A stretch of DNA of 64,000 bases from Candidatus Micrarchaeota archaeon (lineage in GTDB: Archaea > Micrarchaeota > Micrarchaeia > Anstonellales > Bilamarchaeaceae), in the NCBI GenBank assembly GCA_018812625.1, contig JAHJDH010000025.1, positions 13,726 to 77,725 of the forward strand, read 5' to 3'. Of this stretch, positions 56,720 through 64,000 are shown piece by piece. Every line of letters begins with the position of its first letter. Positions within the stretch are counted from its first letter, which is position 1. A program made the position numbers and the translations under genes. The notes under the pieces were generated by a model. The model was not told the DNA's origin, did not search any database, and saw only the letters and a program-made list of their open reading frames with translations.

Positions 56720-58065
56720 TGTATAAAGGAGAAGACAAAGTCGTAGAACTACTTTCAAAAAACAAGAAAATGTCTGTCAAAGAGATATCTGAGCAAACTG
56801 GAATGAACGAAGATAGTGTGAGGAGGATCATCGAATCACTCAAATCTCTTGGTTCAGTTGAAACCGAACTTCATGAATCAATTACTGCCATTCCAAATAA
56901 GGAATTTGAAGAATATCATACTGGTGGGTTTCCAGAACTTTCTGTTTTCAAAAAAGCACTTAACAAACTACAGGTAAAGGATCTTTCTTCAGATGAGCGT
57001 TCAATTGGACTTAGGTGGGCAAAGGTAAAGGGTTTTGTTCAAATAGAAGAAGGCAAACTTATTCCTTCAAAATCTGAAGAAGATGTTTCTGCATCAATGC
57101 AAAAACTAAAGGTGGTGTATGAAGATCTTAAACAGTCTGGAACAACAACAGATGTAGTTGCTCTGGACGAATTATATAAAAGACATCTTCTTGAGAAAAA
57201 AACCGAAAAAACTATCCATGTCAAATTCATTGGCGTAAAGTCATCAAGTTCTGGCTTCAATGTTAATGTTCCTTCTGCAGATGCTCCTATTGGAAAAAGT
57301 CATCCAATTACCAAAATGTCACACAAAATAAAATCCATTATGGCTGAGCTTGGTTTTCAGGAAATGGAGGGAAGCATTCTTGAGAGTTCTTTCTGGAACT
57401 TTGATGCGCTCTTCCAGCCACAAGATCATCCAGCTCGGGAACTTGCAGATACATTTTATCTTAATCATAAAAGTCCACTCCCAAATAAAGAGCTAGTTTC
57501 GAGGATAAAGAAAGCTCACGAAGAAGGCTGGAAATACAAGTGGGATCCTAAAGAAGCAGAAAAATCTGTACTTAGAACCCATACAACTTGCTTATCTGCA
57601 AGGAACCTTGCTGCTCTAAAAGATAAGAAACCAAAGAAGTTTTTTGCAATCGGGAAAGTTTTCCGAAACGAAGCAACTGATTACAGCCATCTTGCAGAGT
57701 TCCATCAGGTCGAGGGAATTATTGCATGGGAAAATGCCAAATTCACTGATCTTCTAGGAATTCTCAAGGAATTTTATCGTAAACTTGGATTTGAAAAAAT
57801 CAGATTCAGGCCAAGTTTCTTCCCTTATACAGAACCTAGTTTAGAAATTGAAGTTTACTTTGAAGAGAAAAAGCAATGGTTAGAGCTTGGTGGAGCAGGA
57901 ATCTTCCGTCCAGAGGTCAGTATTCCACTTGCTGGGGTTTATCCTGTTCTTGCATGGGGTCTCAGTCTTGAGCGTCCTCTGATGCTCGCTCTTGAGCTTG
58001 ATGACATTAGGACATTCTATAAAAATGATGCGGACTTTCTTATATCCGCAAGGTTGGATGTATGA
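56719..58065 (+). CDS. pheS: phenylalanine--tRNA ligase alpha subunit (archaeal type)
   Basis: N-terminal wHTH, WNFDALFQPQDHPARE..DTF, LRTHTT, FRNE, EFHQVEG, FPYTEPS, WGLSLER. Confidence 0.97.
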   Translation: MYKGEDKVVELLSKNKKMSVKEISEQTGMNEDSVRRIIESLKSLGSVETELHESITAIPNKEFEEYHTGGFPELSVFKKALNKLQVKDLSSDERSIGLRWAKVKGFVQIEEGKLIPSKSEEDVSASMQKLKVVYEDLKQSGTTTDVVALDELYKRHLLEKKTEKTIHVKFIGVKSSSSGFNVNVPSADAPIGKSHPITKMSHKIKSIMAELGFQEMEGSILESSFWNFDALFQPQDHPARELADTFYLNHKSPLPNKELVSRIKKAHEEGWKYKWDPKEAEKSVLRTHTTCLSARNLAALKDKKPKKFFAIGKVFRNEATDYSHLAEFHQVEGIIAWENAKFTDLLGILKEFYRKLGFEKIRFRPSFFPYTEPSLEIEVYFEEKKQWLELGGAGIFRPEVSIPLAGVYPVLAWGLSLERPLMLALELDDIRTFYKNDADFLISARLDV

Positions 58066-59984
58066 AGCTAAAAACTATTATAATCGGACTTGTAGTAATC
58101 CTGGCTTTGGTATTCCTTGGCCTAGTCGGTACTCTTGCAGTACTATTTCTATCTGATGTTGAAATAAGTCCGGTTGCAGAACAGTCTCCAGCTGCATTTG
58201 AGGTAACAGAAGTTGGAACTGCAGCTGATAATGCATATGCAGTATTTGATTTTCGTGGAAACGGAAATATCACTGCACTTGCATATGAGAAAAAACCAAC
58301 TAAAAAAATAGTTGTGATAAACGACAGCAGGTCCATTGATGCAACTTCACTTCCAACTCTTATTGATGATCTTCGGGAACTTGAGAAATATGGATATTCT
58401 CTAACAATTACTGATGAAACTTCAATCGGAGAAGGCATTTACATTATTCCAACCGGTGCAATCCCTTCATACGCATTATTCAATTTAGAGCTTGGAACCT
58501 CAAACGGAACTATCATTTACATTGGTGAAAAAGATCTCCTTTTGAGCAAGGGCATCAAGCGCCAAAACTGGCATGAATCATTAACTGAGGAGAAGAAAGC
58601 TCGTCTTATCCAATATGATGGGACTCTTGATGATTTTATTGCCGCAGATAATGTTTCATTACCTGAAATGATTCTCTATCAGCAGTGGGCTTTGGAATCC
58701 AATTCTACAATGAATGTAGCTGATGCTGGAGTAACTACCATTACCGTACCTATGGAAAATGCAACTTACCTGCGTATTATCTATGAACTTGATGGCGAAC
58801 TATATGGGATCGTTGATTCTGGTTCGCTAGAATTCACTTCTCAGAATCTTTATCCTGATCCGCCATCTTCTTTTATGTGGCATGCGTCAACTCTTGAATT
58901 TGACCTCAACAAGACAATCGGAACTGCAACAATGTCCATCAAAAAAGATGGCAAAGTAATTGAAAAAGAATTCCTGCGCAGAGTAACTGACGATAATGTC
59001 TTTATCAAGAAAATGAAATATGATGAGCCTGGAGATTATATTATTTCAGTTGAAGACAATGATGCTGAAATTGCAAGCGGGATTCTGCACATCAAAGATC
59101 TTCAAATAGATCTTGTTTCAAGGCAAGGGGTCTCTTATGTGTTTGATATTTACATTGATGGGGCTCCTGTAAAGGACACAGAAGTATATGTTAGTCTTGG
59201 AGATTCGGAAAAACAAAAATTCTATGTTAGTGGTGGGCAGCTATCTGTTATTGCAAAGCTGGATAAGGGGGAAAATGTCTTCCATATTGAGCTTTTGGGT
59301 TCTGACATTCCATATCATTACAACAATGATCAGCAGGGATTCTTTGACATTTACCTGACATATGGTCTTCCTGGCCTTGTGATCATTCTTGTTGTTTATT
59401 TTGGAGCAAGGTTTACCAGAAAACCCAAATACAGTCTGCGTTTTGGGGACAGTGCAACTGCAATACGACAGGAGATCAATGTTCCTCTCAGCCGTACTGT
59501 TGAGAGTTTCAAAAAAATAAGAGCAGACATGCGTCTTGGCCACTCTCCTCTTACTCCTCATGAATTTTCAATGTCACTCAAACGCTACCTTACAAACGGT
59601 GCAGATGTTACTGAAGGAAATGTGGAAGAGATTCTCAAGAAATTAGTGACTACTGGTACTCTTGAGAGCCATCGGGATTATTACCAACTCAAAGGAGAAG
59701 GAAATGTCAAGCGCAATACCCTGCGAAGAATGGCGCGAGAAAAACTTATTGAAAGCGGTACAATGTTTACTGATGATGGGGAGAAGTTTATCACAAAAGA
59801 CTTTGAAATTGGATTCTTTGGTCAGAAGTTTAGCAAAAAGGGAATAGTTATTGTCGATGATTCTTCAGAAATTAAGGAGATTTTATCTGGGTTGAGTAGC
59901 CTTGAGAATTCCAGAATCAAAATCCTGCAGGCCAATAACATGCTAACATTTATTCCAATTGATAAGCTCAGCGATGTCCTATGA
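58062..59984 (+). CDS. membrane protein with large extracellular region and cytoplasmic C-terminal domain
   Basis: N-terminal TM, Ig-like stretches, second TM near residue 440, basic wHTH-like tail. Confidence 0.75.
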   Translation: MKLKTIIIGLVVILALVFLGLVGTLAVLFLSDVEISPVAEQSPAAFEVTEVGTAADNAYAVFDFRGNGNITALAYEKKPTKKIVVINDSRSIDATSLPTLIDDLRELEKYGYSLTITDETSIGEGIYIIPTGAIPSYALFNLELGTSNGTIIYIGEKDLLLSKGIKRQNWHESLTEEKKARLIQYDGTLDDFIAADNVSLPEMILYQQWALESNSTMNVADAGVTTITVPMENATYLRIIYELDGELYGIVDSGSLEFTSQNLYPDPPSSFMWHASTLEFDLNKTIGTATMSIKKDGKVIEKEFLRRVTDDNVFIKKMKYDEPGDYIISVEDNDAEIASGILHIKDLQIDLVSRQGVSYVFDIYIDGAPVKDTEVYVSLGDSEKQKFYVSGGQLSVIAKLDKGENVFHIELLGSDIPYHYNNDQQGFFDIYLTYGLPGLVIILVVYFGARFTRKPKYSLRFGDSATAIRQEINVPLSRTVESFKKIRADMRLGHSPLTPHEFSMSLKRYLTNGADVTEGNVEEILKKLVTTGTLESHRDYYQLKGEGNVKRNTLRRMAREKLIESGTMFTDDGEKFITKDFEIGFFGQKFSKKGIVIVDDSSEIKEILSGLSSLENSRIKILQANNMLTFIPIDKLSDVL

Positions 59985-61234
59985 GGCTTATATTCCTTCT
60001 TATTCTCTGTTCGCTTGCATTTGCTCAGCCGCAGGTAGGAAATATCATGGACAATAATACTGATACTGCAGCTGCTTTCGAAGGATTATACAACGAATCA
60101 ATTGCAAAAAATTCTTCATTCCTTGTTACCTTTGGCAATTCTTCTAGTAGGAACGTATCTGTTTCCTCCAGCATTGAAATTGTTGGCATGAATCTTCTGC
60201 TTGACAATATGACCTATCCACTTGCTGATCTTGCAGTTATTACTGCTCGAGGATATGATGCCGGAGGGCTTCGTGCAAAGCCGGCAGAGGGTTATCTTGA
60301 CTTTGACTGTACTTATGAATGGCTTATGGGAGGAGCGCAGTATGCATGGCGCTGTGATTTTGATCTTGATAGCTGTGCCGAAATTGTCAACCGTTCTTCT
60401 GTTGATTATGATATGAATGTTACTTTTATCTTCAAGGATACCAATGAGTCAGTTTCTTTTTCTTCAAATATTATTGAAGTTCCTCTTTCAGTTCGAGATG
60501 CAATGCGAAACTCTTCTGGTATGGATTATCTTAATGTCTCTATTGATGGTGACGTTCTATTTAATTATGAATTCGATGACCGAAGCGGATTTGATTGTGG
60601 TGGCAGTACCTATTTCAATGAAACAGCCAATATCTCTTATTCTCTCAACCAATCATTTCTGGTTGCAGGAGAACATAAACTTTTTTTCCTCAGGTCCCCC
60701 ATTCTCCATGAGCAGTGGTTTCGAAACAATCAGTTCAATGTTGTCGTCTTGTCCCAAAGTCCAATTTACCTTTCAAATACTTCCATGAACGGAAACCAGA
60801 CCAAAAGCAGAACCCTTCGCGAGTTTAACACAACTACTGACAGATTTGGAATTGTGAATATTGTCTCAAACCTTACCAATGCAACCGATTGGTCAGAGAG
60901 CAGGAACATATCAACTCCTCTTCCTCTTGAAGCATACAATCATTCATTTTCATTTATCTACGAGTTCAATCATACCTACCAAGGGCTTGGCGAAAATAAT
61001 TTGACTCTTTTTGTTGCTGATAGTTTTCTTGGAGAATCTAGTTATGAAACAACTATCCTGAGCAGAATGCTTTCCTATGATGGAAACAAGACACAAAGCG
61101 GGGTATATGATCCGGCAGTAACCCGTCCAAGTGTTGAATTTAATAAAGGAGAATTATCGCATCTTGAAATAGGGCTTGGATTTTTAGCAGTGCTTCTGCT
61201 TCTGACATTTATAAATTTCTGGATAACAAGATAA
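59981..61234 (+). CDS. secreted, probably heavily N-glycosylated surface protein with C-terminal TM anchor
   Basis: Signal peptide; about 24 N-X-S/T sequons by manual count; C-terminal TM. Confidence 0.8.
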   Translation: MRLIFLLILCSLAFAQPQVGNIMDNNTDTAAAFEGLYNESIAKNSSFLVTFGNSSSRNVSVSSSIEIVGMNLLLDNMTYPLADLAVITARGYDAGGLRAKPAEGYLDFDCTYEWLMGGAQYAWRCDFDLDSCAEIVNRSSVDYDMNVTFIFKDTNESVSFSSNIIEVPLSVRDAMRNSSGMDYLNVSIDGDVLFNYEFDDRSGFDCGGSTYFNETANISYSLNQSFLVAGEHKLFFLRSPILHEQWFRNNQFNVVVLSQSPIYLSNTSMNGNQTKSRTLREFNTTTDRFGIVNIVSNLTNATDWSESRNISTPLPLEAYNHSFSFIYEFNHTYQGLGENNLTLFVADSFLGESSYETTILSRMLSYDGNKTQSGVYDPAVTRPSVEFNKGELSHLEIGLGFLAVLLLLTFINFWITR

Positions 61235-61359
61235 TTATTCTAGAGGTCCTCTGGCAAGAACTATACCTGGGATCTCTGGAGTTTCAGTTGGCCTTTCTGG
61301 CAATTCTTTTTCTTCCATGTTACTTACTCTCATTCCACGCTTAAAAATGTGCGTGGTTT

Positions 61360-62133
61360 TTACTGAAGTTCATACGTTAATCCACATTTTTCCACAAGTT
61401 CAATTATCTTTTTTTTCTGCGAGCTGTTGGTCTCTTTTTTCAGTATAATTACCTTCTCAATTTTTTCAACGTTTTTTTCTACTGCCTGCCTGAATACTGG
61501 CTCATCCAGCTCATCAATAGCATATTTGGGAGCAATATGGCCAACTGCCAGCTCTGTTTCAAGAAGCAATTTTGTAAACTCTCTGGAGTAGTGTCCTCCT
61601 CCAATTCCAAGCACACTTTCGAATTTTTCATCTTTTTTCAAAAATTCAGATACTGCTTTTGCAACGACTTCTGCTGCTTTCTCGTTTTTCCATTCTTCTT
61701 CAGTGCTTCCAATTTCAACAAACATTATAGGAACGCTGCAGGTAGGTCCATGATGATCTGCCTCAATGAATAGTGGCCAGTCTAAATCCAAATTAGCTTT
61801 TTTCAGCTCTATAACTAGCAATTTCAATTTGCTTCCATATGCAACATTCAGTGTTTTTGGACTTCCTCCAAATTTTGCATCCTTCCAGTTTCCTGGAAAA
61901 TGCGCTGTTATCATTTTTCCTCCGGCTTTGCTCTTATGCGTACTCAAAACAAGGATAAGATCAGTATCAAAATCAGTCGGAACATCGAGAACAGTTTCTG
62001 CATTTGTTTCAATCAGTTCTATTTCTCCACATTTCCATTTGCCATCTTCCGTTTCAACAAATCCGTGATTTTGAATAAGTTTTTCAGCAATGTTCTTGCT
62101 TGCTACATTATTTGATGTAAATAAGATTATCAT
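61360..62133 (-). CDS. dtdA: D-aminoacyl-tRNA deacylase (archaeal DTD2/GEK1)
   Basis: LSTHKS, TAHFPGN, EADHHGPT, FVEIGS..W, GGGHY, GHI.PKY. Confidence 0.93.
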   Translation of the reverse strand: MIILFTSNNVASKNIAEKLIQNHGFVETEDGKWKCGEIELIETNAETVLDVPTDFDTDLILVLSTHKSKAGGKMITAHFPGNWKDAKFGGSPKTLNVAYGSKLKLLVIELKKANLDLDWPLFIEADHHGPTCSVPIMFVEIGSTEEEWKNEKAAEVVAKAVSEFLKKDEKFESVLGIGGGHYSREFTKLLLETELAVGHIAPKYAIDELDEPVFRQAVEKNVEKIEKVIILKKETNSSQKKKIIELVEKCGLTYELQ

Positions 62134-62693
62134 GCGCTCACCAGGAAAAATATCGTACATACTACTGGCACTGTTAGGTTATCATCAAGCCTAAGCGGAA
62201 GACTTTCAGCTATTGCCGCGATTATAGCCAGTGGTACTATCGCCTCTCCAATAAAGAAATATGCCGGGAGCGATGCTATGAAAAACGCTACAGTTCCTTC
62301 AACTGTTTTTTCTTTGTTGTATGGGATTTTATGTTTTCCACTCATCCCAATTATTGTTGATGCTCCATCTCCTATTGCCAGTATGAAAATAACTACTGCA
62401 ATCTCATTTGGGCTGTGGAGAAATGCAAGCGGAATCAGCACGCCAATTGCATAACACGCCGAGCCAAAACCTCCAAGATCTATGTTTTTTCTTTCAAATC
62501 TCCTGATGAACCATTCTACAAGTCCTATTTTTGCCCCAAGAGCCCGGATGTTTATGATGAGCATTCCAATTATCACAACAAAGAAAACTGCTGCAATCAT
62601 GAATTCTCGTCCTATGTAGAGCAGCAGCAGAATAGCTACTATTCCAACCAGAAAATGCATGAGCTGCCTTTCAATTTCTTCCTTCATCATCAA
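62130..62693 (-). CDS. CTP-dependent polyprenol kinase (dolichol/phytol kinase family)
   Basis: RQLMH, GDGASTIIG, KTVEG, AES...DDNLTVP. Confidence 0.88.
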   Translation of the reverse strand: MMMKEEIERQLMHFLVGIVAILLLLYIGREFMIAAVFFVVIIGMLIINIRALGAKIGLVEWFIRRFERKNIDLGGFGSACYAIGVLIPLAFLHSPNEIAVVIFILAIGDGASTIIGMSGKHKIPYNKEKTVEGTVAFFIASLPAYFFIGEAIVPLAIIAAIAESLPLRLDDNLTVPVVCTIFFLVSA

Positions 62694-63141
62694 TCACAAT
62701 CAATGTTATGTAGTATGAGATAAGCGCAACTGGGAGCGCTGCTGCAATGTCCCAAAACAAATGCACTCCAAGATTAATTCTTGTAAATGACACAAACAAG
62801 GCAAATAAAAGGTAGGCTGGAAATATCTTTTTCCGAATAAAAGCCGTCATAAGGGTAAATGCTGCAACTGCATGAGTGCTTGGAAATGAGTAGCTCTCAG
62901 GGCACCAATCCTCTCCAATACACGGCCTGTCAAATGCCATTGATTCTTTTATCACAAGGCCCGCAATTACTGCAATCACAATGGCCAGGATAATCTTTCC
63001 CCTCTTTTTTCCTTCCTTTTCACCTATGATAACCAGTACAAAAAGGAGTATTCCATAAACTATACTGTCGTTTAGGAACATTCCAATCGTTTTTATCAGT
63101 TCAATATCAACTGATTGTACAAACTCGGTTATCGAGGCCAT
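62671..63141 (-). CDS. PAP2 family (polyprenyl-pyro)phosphatase
   Basis: K......RP, SFPSTH, TRINLGVH...DI. Confidence 0.88.
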   Translation of the reverse strand: MASITEFVQSVDIELIKTIGMFLNDSIVYGILLFVLVIIGEKEGKKRGKIILAIVIAVIAGLVIKESMAFDRPCIGEDWCPESYSFPSTHAVAAFTLMTAFIRKKIFPAYLLFALFVSFTRINLGVHLFWDIAAALPVALISYYITLIVIDDEGRN

Positions 63142-63254
63142 TAGTTCTTCCTTCTATTCATAAACTTATAAAATAGTGACCTCTGTGATCGTCTAATTCA
63201 AGAAGCAAAAACAGAAAAAATTAATTATTCTCTTAATCTGTTCTAGTAGCAGTT

Positions 63255-63635
63255 TTAGTCCTTCTTTATTGCCTTTATCAGATCTTTATCGAAAGAAAGA
63301 GCATTTGTTTTGCTTTTTTTAGTAAGATAAACTACTGAAATGTCTGGATAACTTAGCTTATTTTTGGCCGATACAAACTTTTGCAAAATTAGTTCAAGTT
63401 CAGAATTGTTGAGATTACCAATAACAAAAGAACGATTCGATCTAATTTTTTCATACGCATCACTTTTTTCTCGGTTTCCGCCCTTGTAATTAATGACAGT
63501 AAGCGTTTCGTAGAGAATGATGTTGGATATGAAGATTTTATCGGTTGTTTTGGTAAATATCTCCTTTGCTTCAGAATGGTTTATGTCATTTGGTAAAAAT
63601 AAAGAAACTAAAAAAGAACTATCTGCCACTATCAT
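63255..63635 (-). CDS. VapC PIN-domain toxin
   Basis: Intact acidic residues: ADSS, YET, SYPD, SFDKD. Confidence 0.88.
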   Translation of the reverse strand: MIVADSSFLVSLFLPNDINHSEAKEIFTKTTDKIFISNIILYETLTVINYKGGNREKSDAYEKIRSNRSFVIGNLNNSELELILQKFVSAKNKLSYPDISVVYLTKKSKTNALSFDKDLIKAIKKD

Positions 63636-63641
63636 ATCTGC

Positions 63642-63875
63642 TCACCCATAAATTATTCTGTCTATATTTTCAGATATATTTTCTTTTGGTTTGTTTTTGT
63701 ATTTTTTCTCCAGAGTTTTAAGATAAGCTAATATGTCTTTTTTTGTTTCAGTTTTTTCGTTTTCTCCTTGATTTAACATTTCTCTAATAATCTCGCTGTA
63801 ACTAGCATTTTTCAGTTTTTTTAATCCAGACAGTTTTTCATAAACATCATCTGCCAAATTCACTAAATGACTCAT
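63642..63875 (-). CDS. VapB-like antitoxin
   Basis: LVNLADDVYEKL..LK....SYSEIIRE; ENIDRIIYG tail; immediately upstream of the PIN gene. Confidence 0.82.
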   Translation of the reverse strand: MSHLVNLADDVYEKLSGLKKLKNASYSEIIREMLNQGENEKTETKKDILAYLKTLEKKYKNKPKENISENIDRIIYG

Positions 63876-63883
63876 GAATAGTA

Positions 63884-63903
63884 TATATATGTATACATAT
63901 ATA
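63884..63903. promoter_or_regulatory. 20-bp palindrome TATATATGTATACATATATA upstream of vapB (putative autoregulatory operator)
   Basis: Perfect self-complementary sequence 8 nt upstream of the antitoxin start; low complexity. Confidence 0.55.
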
Positions 63904-64000
63904 AATGTTTTGTTAAACCTCTAAATTTGAAATGCTTTTGGGATCATATATCGACAAAATAGAACACTGCAAGGCTTGAGATGCTCAGCACAATAAGATA

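Noticed and set aside
367-62723. Numerous antisense and alternate-frame ORFs in the six-frame track
   Set aside because: They lie within well-supported genes and lack motifs; treated as shadows.

Overview
Gene-dense, AT-rich archaeal chromosome segment. It encodes PCNA, aIF5B, archaeal PheRS, PurP, DTD2, a DUF35/thiolase pair, a BHB-intron tRNA and a C/D sRNA. Gene style and content suggest a DPANN archaeon, most likely Micrarchaeota (inference). Housekeeping and metabolic genes (trpS, non-oxidative pentose phosphate operon, purF/purQ/purP, pheS/pheT, ADP-forming acyl-CoA synthetase, PEPCK, rad50, pyrG, ftsZ, NAD kinase) alternate with small accessory patches. The strongest signals missing from the ORF track are: (1) a ~334-bp unit at 12552-12885 with an orphan Cas2/VapD-like gene, a perfect 20-bp upstream palindrome and 16-bp inverted repeats at its ends; (2) a tRNA-Val(GAC) with two BHB-type introns (15/16 and 37/38), each containing a copy of the start of its downstream exon; (3) a twin-guide box C/D sRNA predicted to target 23S rRNA G2251 and U2438 (E. 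coli numbering); (4) a 1.6-kb ACT/Lrp cassette between 39-bp direct repeats that duplicate a gene end. The window also has bacterial-type signalling proteins (HD-GYP-like, PAS hybrid kinase), several apparent pseudo-enzymes, an AvcD-like P-loop/deaminase fusion and Cys-rich or sequon-rich surface proteins. I saw no CRISPR array, integrase, transposase or reverse transcriptase. All product calls come from motif recognition by eye; no database search was run.
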